IMG/VR virus record: IMGVR_UViG_3300031857_016023
Coordinates: 59,822-123,821 of that record
From: a virus
Length of the DNA stretch: 64,000 nt
Direction: 5' to 3' (one strand)
The first letter of the stretch is position 1; the number at the start of each line of letters is the position of its first letter. Positions 1-9,750 of the stretch are shown here, in pieces. A model generated the notes under the pieces. It saw only the letters and a list, made by a program, of their open reading frames with translations, was not told the DNA's origin and did no database searches. The position numbers were made by a program, and so were the translations under genes.

Positions 1-110
1 TAAACAGGATCAGAAGCACACTTAATAAACTCTTGTGCTTCTTCTTCGGTAAATGATATAGTAACTCCAACCCTTTTTAGGTTGGAATTTCCCAAATAAC
101 CATCGTTCAT
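1..110 (-). CDS. gp17: Terminase large subunit, N-terminal part (runs off the window)
   Basis: Not in ORF track. ATG at 110 reads MNDGYLGNSNLKRVGVTISFTEEEAQEFIKCASDPV, matching the YLGNxNLK...KC..DP start of T4-like gp17; downstream of gp16. Confidence 0.85.
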   Translation of the reverse strand, partial: MNDGYLGNSNLKRVGVTISFTEEEAQEFIKCASDPV

Positions 111-545
111 TTATTTTGTGATGCTACGAAGCATCCATTGGTGTTTACTATGAGTATCAATACGACCTGCAATAAAATCAGCAAGCCCTTGTTTGTCAAA
201 TTGATCTGCTAATTTAAAAGCAACATTTAAAGTGGCAAGAACTCTTTCGTTATCAGTCATTAAACGGCGAGCCATTTCTACACCTGCAGGTACAGAAGTT
301 TCATCTTCAATCTCTGATAGTTCCATAAAACGAGTGAAAGAACCTGGTGCATATGTGTCTAAAGAACGAATCTGTTCGGCAATTGGATCTACCGCACCAT
401 GCAGTTCTTCATAGAGATTACCAAAGAATTCATGGTATTGTGGAAAATTAGAACCTTCCACATTCCAATGGTAGTTGTGAGCTTTAAGGTATAATGCAAA
501 AGTATCTGCAAGAACCTTCTTCATTATTTCTTGTAAAGTTTCCAT
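111..545 (-). CDS. dps: Dps / ferritin-like DNA protection protein
   Basis: LYLKAHNYHWNVEG, HEFFGNLYEE and DPIAEQI ferroxidase-site motifs; C-terminal KHQWML. Confidence 0.93.
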   Translation of the reverse strand: METLQEIMKKVLADTFALYLKAHNYHWNVEGSNFPQYHEFFGNLYEELHGAVDPIAEQIRSLDTYAPGSFTRFMELSEIEDETSVPAGVEMARRLMTDNERVLATLNVAFKLADQFDKQGLADFIAGRIDTHSKHQWMLRSITK

Positions 546-549
546 GGTT

Positions 550-936
550 TTATTTATTTTCTTTCAATTGTTTAAGTAGTTCTGCCGTAGATCCAACAAA
601 TACAGCTTTATCTATGTTCAAATTTTGAGTATTGTTTGTGGTCTTTGGTTGTAAATCTTGTTTGCGTTTCTGTACCTCTAATAAATCTTTATTCATATCT
701 GCAAGGTTTTTCAACATACCTGCTACAACCTCAAATGCTCTTGGGTGATCAGATTGTTTGGCAACAGAAATGATATGGTCTGCTGCATCATTACCTTTTT
801 CAATTAAATCACGAAGGTTTTGTCTAGCAAACTCAGCATCATCTTCAACAGTATCTTTTACTTCTACAATTTCTGTTGTTATTGGTATTGGTTCTATCTC
901 TAATGCTTCAGATAATTTCTCATTTAATTTTTTCAT
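550..936 (-). CDS. gp16: Terminase small subunit
   Basis: DDAEFARQNL, HPRAFEV and VFVGSTAELLK motifs of T4-like gp16. Confidence 0.9.
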   Translation of the reverse strand: MKKLNEKLSEALEIEPIPITTEIVEVKDTVEDDAEFARQNLRDLIEKGNDAADHIISVAKQSDHPRAFEVVAGMLKNLADMNKDLLEVQKRKQDLQPKTTNNTQNLNIDKAVFVGSTAELLKQLKENK

Positions 937-969
937 ATTAAAGTATTATTAACTATTATGTTTTAATTT

Positions 970-3900
970 TTAATATTCTGGAAGATCATTACCATTTTCG
1001 GGATCAACATTTGCTTTTTTGATAAACAAAACTAACGATCCACCAGGCTTTATATCAACCCATTTATCATAAGGGCTAATATATCCTACTTGTACAGGAC
1101 TACTCCTATAGGCATTAGAATTGTCAACAGTATAACCATGAATTCCGACATTCCCACCCCAGGCCCACATAGTACCATTGGTTTTCATAGCTCCAGCTGC
1201 ACCGTGAGCATCAAATGTCATATGCCAATTAGTATTGGCACCAATTTGATTAGGTGAAGATCGGCTAACGCCACCCCCTTCAGAATTACCTGTGATGCCG
1301 TATAATTGACTCCCAGTCGCCCAAAGTGTTCCATCTGTTTTAACAAAAAGAAGGTTTTGGTTTAAAAGTGTAACCGATTTCCAATTAGTTTCAGTACCTA
1401 ATTGTGTTGGAGATGACCTTCTTACAACTACTCCTTCATTTAATCCAAGTTTACCGTAAGCATTTCCACCCCATAACCAAAGTGTTCCATCATCTTTTAA
1501 AGCAGCTTTGCCACCATTTCCTATTCTGTCCGAAAATAATTTTTTCCAACCAGCATATGTTCCAACTTGAGTTGGACTTGATCTATTGGCTGTATCATTA
1601 AGACCTAATTGAGCAACAGCATTTTTTCCCCAAGTCCATAAAGTTCCAGTACCTTTTAAAGCCATTACACTATCAACACTAGCTATAACATCTGTCCAAG
1701 TATTACTTGTTCCTATTTGCACAGGTGAAGAAAATGCAGCATTAAAAGCACCATCTAAACCTAATTCTCCACTTGATTGTGTGCCCCAACCCCAAAGTGT
1801 TCCATCCATCTTTAAAGCAACAGTAAAATCTAATCCTTTACTGACAGTTCTCCAACTACCACCTCCAAGGACTTGTACAGGAGAACTTATATAATTAGTT
1901 GCATTATCACCTCTTTGACCACCAGTTCCCGTTCCCCAAGACCATAAAGTGCCATCTGTTTTGATGGCTGATCCTGTTTTTATTTGGGTATAACCTGCAC
2001 CTGTAGCCAATTTTTTCCAATTTGTAGCTGTTGTAAGTTGAACTGGTGAAGAAATATTTTGGCCTGGACGTCCTAGTAAAATACCATTACTGAAACCGTC
2101 ACTACCAATTCCCCACAATTGTCTTTCAGGACCACCACTACCACTAGAAGCCGCCGCAGCTGCAGCATTGGCCGCAGCAAAGGCACCGTTAGCATATACA
2201 CCAGCAGAAGTAGCATTGACATTTGCTGAGTTAGCAGCTGTAAATGCAGCAGTAATAGAATTGTTTTGTGTTATATTTGTAGTAGTAGCTGCATTAGCAG
2301 CAGCAAAGGCACCATTAGCATAAACTCCAGCAGAAGTAGCAATGACACTTACTGTATTGGAATTAGCAAAGGCACCGTTAGCATAAACTCCAGCAGAAGT
2401 AGCAACGGCATTTGCTGAGTTAGCAGCTGTAAAAGCAGCATTAGCATGGATAAAAGAACTGTTAGCATGAATAAAAGAACTGTTAGCATGAATGAAAGCA
2501 GCATTAGCATGATTTCTAGCAAAACTATCAGAAGCGAATAAAGCTGCATTTGCAGCTGCAAAAGCACCATTAGCGTAAATACCAGCAGAATTAGCAGCTA
2601 TGAAAGCATTGTTAGCATGAATGAAAGCAGCATTAGCAACAGCAAAAGCACCAACACTATTAGCTGCATTAGCTAATGCAGAATGACTAATAATTACAAT
2701 ATTGCCATTAGAAAAATTAGCTGAAGCTCCGTTTTCATATTTGTAAATTTTACCTTCAGCTGACGTAGGAACTTTCCAATATACAGAACCAGCAAATTTA
2801 GGGGTACTGCTATAAGATGCGCCAGTTATAGAACTTGTATTAGCAGTAGAAACATAAGCTACATTTCCTGTAAATTCAGTATTACTATCATCAAGAAGTC
2901 TAAAGTAACTAGAACTTCCACTACGATCTTGGTTAAAATTAAAATCAAAAACATATGTTTGACCTGATATAACATATATTGTTGGGTAATTTCCTGAATA
3001 TTGATCTATTTGCCAATTGGCTCCACTAGCTCCTTCAGTAATTCTAAATTTTGTAGCTGCAGGTGTTAATGATCTATAAATTGCTGTGTTTGATGCGGTA
3101 TTAGCAGCACTAAATGCAAGACCACCATCAGCTGGACTTTGTACTCTAATAGAACCAAAAATTGAATTATATGTGGTATCACCGTAGCCAAGAGTGGTAT
3201 TACCAACTAAACTGGTAGGTGCGGTCCAATATAAAATACCATTTGTATATCCAGATGTTGCATTTGAAGTAACTACTCCAGAAGATGAAACGTGTGTAAC
3301 TCCTGAGAGAGCACTACCGCTTGCAAAAGGAGAAGCGGTATATAATTTAAAACCACCAAAACCAGAACCTTCTATAGCACTAACGTCAAAAGCATATGTT
3401 TGCCCAGCAATAACATTTAATGTTGGGCTATTAGCTGTTGGACCAGCAATATCAGGAAATCTATAACGAAAAGAAATTCCGCCTTCTTGGAAAACAACAA
3501 GTCTTTGTTTTGTAGCTGAAATAAAATTTGTTCTATAAGCAATATTAGCAGTATTATTGGCAGTATTTGCTGTCAAAAACGCTGCGTTAGCAGTATTTCT
3601 TGCAACTTGATCTGCTCCACTAGCATTGTTAGCAGCTAAAAATGCAGCATCAGCAGTATTTTGTGCATTGGTAATATTGGTATTCTGTGTAGCATTAACA
3701 CCAGCTTCATTGTTAGCTGCTGCAAAAGCAGCTGTAATGCTATTATTTTGTGTAGTGTTTATACCATCAATATTATTAGCAGAAGCAAAAGATGCATTTG
3801 CTGTATTATAAGCACCATCAATATATGTTTGTAAATTTTGGTTGTTTAATGTAATTAATTGAGTTTTTAAGTTAGCATTAAGAGTTGCTTTTTTGAATGA

Positions 3901-6159
3901 AGGATCTGTAATAATAACGTCATTATTCGCACCAATTTCACCTGTATAACCTTCAAACAGTTGCCACTCTTTTGTTCCGTGATCTCGAATTAAACCAGTA
4001 TGAGCATTGACACCATCGTTATAGTGTGCTGAAATACCAATATCTAATAAATCGGAAGTATAATTGCCAGCACCAAGAAGAATAACAGTATCATTAGCAA
4101 CGATTGTTGTAGCACTTATAGTAAATGTATTTCCTAAAACACTTAGGTTACCTGTAATGCTAACATCACCAGTAATTGTTCCGCCGTTGTTTGCATTGAG
4201 GGAATTATTAGCACGAATAAATGCGGCGTTTGCTGTATTAAAAGAAGGTTGTATTTGAGGAAATACATTATTAGCTGCATTGAAGGAAGCATTAGCGTGA
4301 ATAAATGCAGCATCACCGGTATTTTGAGCATTGGTAATATTGGTATTCTGTGTAGCATTTACACCAGCTTCATTGTTGGCTTTAAGGAAAGCCGCATCAC
4401 CGGTATTTTGAGCGTTGGTAATGTTTGTATTTTGTGTAGCATTAACACCAGCTTCATTATTAGCTTTGGCAAAAGCACCATTAGCCGTAGTAAAAGCTGG
4501 TTCAATTTGTGGTGCTACATTATTAGCTGAAGCAAAAGCTGCATTAGCATGATTTCTAGCATAAGGATCAATCTCATCACCAGGCACATAGGCTGTAGTT
4601 TGAACTGTGCTATCAGGAAATGTTATTGTTCCATCTTTATTAAAATTCCATTGTGAGAAGGTTGCACCACCAGTATTTGCTTGTATTATAACCTCTGTAT
4701 TTGCATATACTGTTGATACACCTGTTGCTAGAGCAATAAAACCAGAAACATCAGTATCAACATTTGCGGTAATTGCTATTTGATTTGTTGGTAAATTTAA
4801 TATTCCACCACCGCCACCAAATTTTAAATCTCCGGTCATTGTGTCGCCGGACTTACTTACTTTGGTGTTAGCAGAAGCAAAAGCTCCATTAGCAGTATCT
4901 CTTGCAACTTGATCTGAACCTGAGATTTGTGTTGGTGGTTGCCCGCCAACAGAAACAGCCAAAGTACCATTTTGATTGCTTAATACTAACCCACCTAAAT
5001 CAATTGATCCTGGCCCAACATAAAGAGAATGCCAACGATTAGAATCTGAACCAAGGTAATAAGTGTTAGTAGTGGTTGGTAATAAATTTCCACTAATTGC
5101 ACCGCCAGTATTTGCATTAAGAGAATTGTTAGCACGAATAAATGCAGCATCACCGGTATTTTGAGCGTTGGTAATGTTTGTATTTTGTGTAGCATTAACA
5201 CCAGCTTCATTGTTGGCTTTAAGGAAAGCCGCATCACCGGTATTTTGAGCATTGGTAATATTGGTATTCTGTGTTGCATTTACACCAGCTTCATTATTGG
5301 CTGCATTGAAAGAAGCATTAGCATGAACGAAACCGGCATCTGCTGTATTTTGAGCTATTGTTATATTGGTGTTTTGAGTTGCATTAACACCAGCTTCATT
5401 ATTGGCTGAAGCAAAAGCACCATTAGCATAAAATCCTGCTGAAGTACCTTTATTATCTGCTGTTGCAGCTGCTGTTCTAGCTACGTTGTCGATTGATGCA
5501 CCACCTGATATAGTATTAGCATAATCAAATGCAGCATTAGCATAATTCCAAATATACGATATATTGGTATTTTGAGTTGCATCTACTGTATTGGAATAAG
5601 CAGCTGCACTATTAGCAACATCAAATGATGCATTAGCATGGCCAAAAGAACTGTTAGCATGGTTCCTAGCAAATTGTATACTGGTATTCTGAGAATCACT
5701 TACGGTATTGGAGTAAGCAGCTGCACTATTAGCAATATCAAATGAAGCATTAGCATGGTTCCTAGCAAATTGTATACTGGTATTCTGAGAATCACTTACG
5801 GTATTGGAGTAAGCAGCTGCACTATTAGCAATATCAAATGAAGCATTAGAATGGTTTCTAGAATAAGGATCAACCTGAGTATCACTTACAATAGTATTAG
5901 CGTAATTAAAAGCAGCTTGAGCAAGAACACTAGCTGAATTAGCAGCTGTAAAAGCTCCATTAGCGTAAATACTAGAACTATTGGCTAATGCAAATCCAGC
6001 GTTAGCTTGTAAAAATGCAGCACTAATGCTATTGTTTTGTGTGCTATTTGTATTGTATAACTCAGTAAAGTTATTGTTTGTTTTGGTAAATCCAACTCTT
6101 ATTCGATCACCAGTTCCATCGTTTGCAACTGTACCAATATTAATCGATTCTTTTGCCAT
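970..6159 (-). CDS. Long fibre protein: gp9/gp10-like N-terminus, Ala/Asn coiled-coil shaft, C-terminal RCC1-like propeller
   Basis: N-terminal INIGTVANDGTGDRIRVGFTKTNNNF; many ANAAF repeats; C-terminal KTDGTLWSWG...SSPVQ repeats. Confidence 0.75.
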   Translation of the reverse strand: MAKESINIGTVANDGTGDRIRVGFTKTNNNFTELYNTNSTQNNSISAAFLQANAGFALANSSSIYANGAFTAANSASVLAQAAFNYANTIVSDTQVDPYSRNHSNASFDIANSAAAYSNTVSDSQNTSIQFARNHANASFDIANSAAAYSNTVSDSQNTSIQFARNHANSSFGHANASFDVANSAAAYSNTVDATQNTNISYIWNYANAAFDYANTISGGASIDNVARTAAATADNKGTSAGFYANGAFASANNEAGVNATQNTNITIAQNTADAGFVHANASFNAANNEAGVNATQNTNITNAQNTGDAAFLKANNEAGVNATQNTNITNAQNTGDAAFIRANNSLNANTGGAISGNLLPTTTNTYYLGSDSNRWHSLYVGPGSIDLGGLVLSNQNGTLAVSVGGQPPTQISGSDQVARDTANGAFASANTKVSKSGDTMTGDLKFGGGGGILNLPTNQIAITANVDTDVSGFIALATGVSTVYANTEVIIQANTGGATFSQWNFNKDGTITFPDSTVQTTAYVPGDEIDPYARNHANAAFASANNVAPQIEPAFTTANGAFAKANNEAGVNATQNTNITNAQNTGDAAFLKANNEAGVNATQNTNITNAQNTGDAAFIHANASFNAANNVFPQIQPSFNTANAAFIRANNSLNANNGGTITGDVSITGNLSVLGNTFTISATTIVANDTVILLGAGNYTSDLLDIGISAHYNDGVNAHTGLIRDHGTKEWQLFEGYTGEIGANNDVIITDPSFKKATLNANLKTQLITLNNQNLQTYIDGAYNTANASFASANNIDGINTTQNNSITAAFAAANNEAGVNATQNTNITNAQNTADAAFLAANNASGADQVARNTANAAFLTANTANNTANIAYRTNFISATKQRLVVFQEGGISFRYRFPDIAGPTANSPTLNVIAGQTYAFDVSAIEGSGFGGFKLYTASPFASGSALSGVTHVSSSGVVTSNATSGYTNGILYWTAPTSLVGNTTLGYGDTTYNSIFGSIRVQSPADGGLAFSAANTASNTAIYRSLTPAATKFRITEGASGANWQIDQYSGNYPTIYVISGQTYVFDFNFNQDRSGSSSYFRLLDDSNTEFTGNVAYVSTANTSSITGASYSSTPKFAGSVYWKVPTSAEGKIYKYENGASANFSNGNIVIISHSALANAANSVGAFAVANAAFIHANNAFIAANSAGIYANGAFAAANAALFASDSFARNHANAAFIHANSSFIHANSSFIHANAAFTAANSANAVATSAGVYANGAFANSNTVSVIATSAGVYANGAFAAANAATTTNITQNNSITAAFTAANSANVNATSAGVYANGAFAAANAAAAAASSGSGGPERQLWGIGSDGFSNGILLGRPGQNISSPVQLTTATNWKKLATGAGYTQIKTGSAIKTDGTLWSWGTGTGGQRGDNATNYISSPVQVLGGGSWRTVSKGLDFTVALKMDGTLWGWGTQSSGELGLDGAFNAAFSSPVQIGTSNTWTDVIASVDSVMALKGTGTLWTWGKNAVAQLGLNDTANRSSPTQVGTYAGWKKLFSDRIGNGGKAALKDDGTLWLWGGNAYGKLGLNEGVVVRRSSPTQLGTETNWKSVTLLNQNLLFVKTDGTLWATGSQLYGITGNSEGGGVSRSSPNQIGANTNWHMTFDAHGAAGAMKTNGTMWAWGGNVGIHGYTVDNSNAYRSSPVQVGYISPYDKWVDIKPGGSLVLFIKKANVDPENGNDLPEY
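4301..5850. repeat. Near-identical intragenic repeats (84-bp and 96-bp units)
   Basis: 84-bp units encoding NNEAGVNATQNTNITNAQNTGDAAF at about 4310-4460 and 5148-5300; 96-bp tandem units at about 5650-5850. Confidence 0.85.
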
Positions 6160-6161
6160 TT

Positions 6162-7283
6162 TTATTCCCTGTCTACGGTATAAATGATTGTATCTGCTCC
6201 AAATAATGTACTATCACCAAAAGGCACATATGTATCTTGAACATCTTGTTCTGGCCATTCCGCTATATCAGTTAAAAATCCAAAATCTCCATCATATTCA
6301 GCATTTCTTGGAACAGCCCTAGTCACAATTGATACTGCCTTAACTGGCAAAATATCAATCTCTGTTATTTTATAATTTGCTTTTGTATAATCACCAATTA
6401 CATTATCATTTACTTTTAGTAATTCTGTTAGTTCACCTAAAATTAAAATTCCTGAGCTAGTATTACTGAAATAAACTACTTTACCTGTAATTTCATTTGT
6501 ACCATTTCTATTTACACGAATTGTTTCGCCTGTGCTAAAGTAATTATTTCCTGTAGAATAATTTACATAAACTTTTTGAGCATCACGTTTTTGATTATCA
6601 ATAAAAATATTTGTGTTTGCAGTACCATATCGACCTGTTATTGGACTAAAGGCACCGATAATAGATGTATTACCTGTTATGTTAGGCCACAGATAACTTT
6701 TAACAGTAAACTCTAAATCCCAAACAATTAAACGAGTGGTTCCATCACTTAAACCACCTTCATAATCTGTAGTCATATTTACAGAATTTAATATAATTGG
6801 CATATCATATTTTTGATCCATACTTGGAATCATGTTTACAGTAACAGTAAAATCAGGTTTAAAAAATGGCAATATTTGTTCTACAATTTGTGTGCCATCT
6901 TCTGTGTTGCGAACAAAAATTGACATACTAAAATTGAAATCATACGGTACAGGAACATACTGAGATTCTAAACGACCACTTGAATTTTTAGAAAAATTCT
7001 TTAATAGTGATTGTTGTTTACGGCTATTGTCATAAGACATACCGGTAAGTTCAAATGAAATTCTTGGTACGGAAACAGCAATTGATTTTGTTAAAGTTGG
7101 ATCAGATTCGATAGCTGTTAACCAACGCTCTTTTGAACCATAAGTTAATGGTACTTTAAATATTTCAAAATTTGTTGCGCCGTCTTTAGATGTTCTTTGT
7201 ATTTGAAGATCATTGAAAATTGTTCCAAATGCTACAACAACCTTGCGAATTGAACGATTATAATATTGTGATTTGCCTAGCAT
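6162..7283 (-). CDS. gp15: Tail sheath stabiliser / tail terminator
   Basis: YYNRSIRKVVVAFGTIFND, VPLTYG, PRISFE, PVPY and QIVEQILPFFKP motifs. Confidence 0.92.
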   Translation of the reverse strand: MLGKSQYYNRSIRKVVVAFGTIFNDLQIQRTSKDGATNFEIFKVPLTYGSKERWLTAIESDPTLTKSIAVSVPRISFELTGMSYDNSRKQQSLLKNFSKNSSGRLESQYVPVPYDFNFSMSIFVRNTEDGTQIVEQILPFFKPDFTVTVNMIPSMDQKYDMPIILNSVNMTTDYEGGLSDGTTRLIVWDLEFTVKSYLWPNITGNTSIIGAFSPITGRYGTANTNIFIDNQKRDAQKVYVNYSTGNNYFSTGETIRVNRNGTNEITGKVVYFSNTSSGILILGELTELLKVNDNVIGDYTKANYKITEIDILPVKAVSIVTRAVPRNAEYDGDFGFLTDIAEWPEQDVQDTYVPFGDSTLFGADTIIYTVDRE

Positions 7284-8173
7284 TATGGTTCACCAAATGG
7301 GTTTGTTTCAGTAAAATCAATAATGCCATCAGATTCGGATTCAATTCTTGCGTTATCTTGTATATCTTCAAAGGCAGTATTCATGTATGCGGTATCATTT
7401 ACAGATAGAACTGTCCAATCAGCTAAACTTGTATTGCCTTTTATTGCTGCACCTGAAACAAAAGTTCCTCTTGTTAAGATTATATCTATATGAGTATTTG
7501 GAACAAAGTCATAAACTTGAGCTTGTGCTGTTGCATAAGTTAAGTTTGCGCCTTGATAGATAATCTCATCATTAACAAATTTACCATTACCACCAACACT
7601 CAAAGCAATTTTTGTTCTTGGATAGTAACTGCGAATTTGATTATCAATTTCTGGAATACCAACTTCAACAACTTCATTAGAAAATACATATTGTTTAAGT
7701 TTTAATCCATAAACATAAACATTACCACCACGACCACGACCCAAAGTATAGAACATAGCTTGATCATTTTCATGTTCTACAAATGTAATCTCAAAGAAGT
7801 TTCGTAGTAAAGGAATATAAAGCAAGTCGCCTTCTAAAGGCCTTGTCATTGGTATTACTGCTTGAAATCTTCGGCGAGAAACTAAGAATTGAACCTCATC
7901 ACGAATTTCTAAACCAAATTTAGATATAAAATCTTGTTCGCCATCCATACCCGTAACATTTTCCAAATACATTTCAATTGGGTAAGCATTTACATACTGT
8001 TTAAGTGTATCTTCTCCATATAAAAAATCAACTTCATCACGACTTGAACGTGGAAGATAGTAAACATCCATACCATATATTTGTAAAGCTTCAATAACCA
8101 AATCTTCAATGAGCAATTGCTCAGAAGTTATTTGACTAGAAGGAAAGTTATTGAAGTATAGATTGGTTGCCAT
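7283..8173 (-). CDS. gp14: Neck protein
   Basis: EQLLIEDLVIEALQIYGMDVYYLPR, SKFGLEIRD and C-terminal DFTETNPFG. Confidence 0.92.
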   Translation of the reverse strand: MATNLYFNNFPSSQITSEQLLIEDLVIEALQIYGMDVYYLPRSSRDEVDFLYGEDTLKQYVNAYPIEMYLENVTGMDGEQDFISKFGLEIRDEVQFLVSRRRFQAVIPMTRPLEGDLLYIPLLRNFFEITFVEHENDQAMFYTLGRGRGGNVYVYGLKLKQYVFSNEVVEVGIPEIDNQIRSYYPRTKIALSVGGNGKFVNDEIIYQGANLTYATAQAQVYDFVPNTHIDIILTRGTFVSGAAIKGNTSLADWTVLSVNDTAYMNTAFEDIQDNARIESESDGIIDFTETNPFGEP

Positions 8174-8178
8174 TCATT

Positions 8179-9132
8179 TTAACCTGTAATTATCTCACTT
8201 GGCAAACTGTTAAATTGATATAATTCTTCTTCTACTTCTTTGATTTCTGCTCTAGCTTCTTCTGCAATACGAACACCATCCAATGTTACACCTCCTGGCA
8301 TTTGTATACCAGAAAACTTAGAAAGGTTATTACCCCATTGAAGTTTGATTAAAGCAGTAGCATACTTTTTAAGGAATCGATCATTCCAAACATCAGAAAT
8401 GCCTGTAACTGTGGCCGTTCCACTTGCTAAATTTGAAGCAAGAGGACTTTGTAATTCTAATGTTGTTGGTGAAATAATTTTTTTAACCTGTTTTGATTCA
8501 CCATTGATATTGATGAAATCATTTTCTAATAATTCTTGGTCAAAAATGGTATTTGTTCCTGTTACAGTATTTGCGGTTGTATTTCCAGACATTGTACCGG
8601 TTAAAGTTACTGTATCTGGCCGCATAGCTCTATAGCATTTAACAATTACATAATCACCAACTTCTAAATCTCTAGACCAATCTATGTCTAAAAATACTTT
8701 ATTTTGTTTACGATTGAAACGAAATTGTGGTGTGCCAGAAAACAACAATTGTAATGAGCGAATGTGTTGCATGGTAATCTCATATGACACATACGATACC
8801 GATGTAAAGTCATAAAGATCATGCAAGCGTAATTGATACCGCAAATCAAACATATTGATTGACGAATTTGAATCATCAAATGGAAATACTGCGGTAACAA
8901 AAGTCACCGAATCAGGACAATATATCCAACCACGTTGAATATCTTCTGATGATATACGGTGTTTCATATACATTTCTTCTACACCATCAAAATGATAATC
9001 TTCAAAAAATTGAAGAGCATCATCAATACGATCATCTACTTGATCATCATCAACATTTATATCAATAACGGGCCAACCTAGACGCCGCAGGCAATAATTT
9101 TTAAATGTTGCTCTTGTTGTAGGATTAGCCAT
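8179..9132 (-). CDS. gp13: Neck protein with an inserted beta-rich domain
   Basis: YCLRRLGWPVIDINVDDDQVDDRIDDALQ, WGNNLSKF and MPGGVTLDG. Confidence 0.93.
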   Translation of the reverse strand: MANPTTRATFKNYCLRRLGWPVIDINVDDDQVDDRIDDALQFFEDYHFDGVEEMYMKHRISSEDIQRGWIYCPDSVTFVTAVFPFDDSNSSINMFDLRYQLRLHDLYDFTSVSYVSYEITMQHIRSLQLLFSGTPQFRFNRKQNKVFLDIDWSRDLEVGDYVIVKCYRAMRPDTVTLTGTMSGNTTANTVTGTNTIFDQELLENDFININGESKQVKKIISPTTLELQSPLASNLASGTATVTGISDVWNDRFLKKYATALIKLQWGNNLSKFSGIQMPGGVTLDGVRIAEEARAEIKEVEEELYQFNSLPSEIITG

Positions 9133-9159
9133 ATATTATTTGAATGTTTTTGTTTTTAA

Positions 9160-9489
9160 TTATAAAGCTGCAATTGCAGTTTTAAAATCATTATATGTTG
9201 CAGAATTAGCTACTAAAACTTTTAAATTAGCAATAGTAATTGTTGTACTATTAATACCATTAGCACGATCAAAAGAAGCATTAGCTTGATTTCTAGCATA
9301 AGTATCAACCTGTACATCACTTACTTCAAAGTTTCCAGTACTAGAATTGTATATTAATATATCACCTTCTTTAACACCACTTAAATTTACTCCACTTATA
9401 TCTGATATATCAATTTTGGCCGAATAGTTCTGTGAAACAATTGACGGCCTAGTTGCTTGCCGTATCTTTACTATGCCTACCTTGGACAC
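9160..9489 (-). CDS. Small fibre-associated hypothetical protein
   Basis: SQNY and EGDILIYNSSTGNF resemble 18030..18332; ARNQANASF repeat is shared with the fibre proteins. Confidence 0.55.
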   Translation of the reverse strand: MSKVGIVKIRQATRPSIVSQNYSAKIDISDISGVNLSGVKEGDILIYNSSTGNFEVSDVQVDTYARNQANASFDRANGINSTTITIANLKVLVANSATYNDFKTAIAAL

Positions 9490-9501
9490 TTTATTTCTTT
9501 T

Positions 9502-9696
9502 TTAAGGTAGAATAGGGGTCAACTCAGGCATATTAAATTCACGATTAGTAGTATAGATTACTCTACCACCATATTGCACAACATGCTCATCAGCGCTCGA
9601 AAGACGAGCACAAAGGTTCATGGCAGCCGTTATTGGCAAATTTACTTCATAGAAACGATGAAATCCAGGGTACATTGCTAAAAGTTCATTATACAT
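9502..9696 (-). CDS. Hypothetical protein (start moved to ATG 9696)
   Basis: AAGGA RBS before MYNELLAM; co-oriented with neighbours; late promoter-like motif upstream. Confidence 0.55.
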   Translation of the reverse strand: MYNELLAMYPGFHRFYEVNLPITAAMNLCARLSSADEHVVQYGGRVIYTTNREFNMPELTPILP

Positions 9697-9750
9697 TTGA
9701 CTGTCCTTAAAAAAATAAAAAAACAATAGTTCTTCTATTTATGCTATTTG

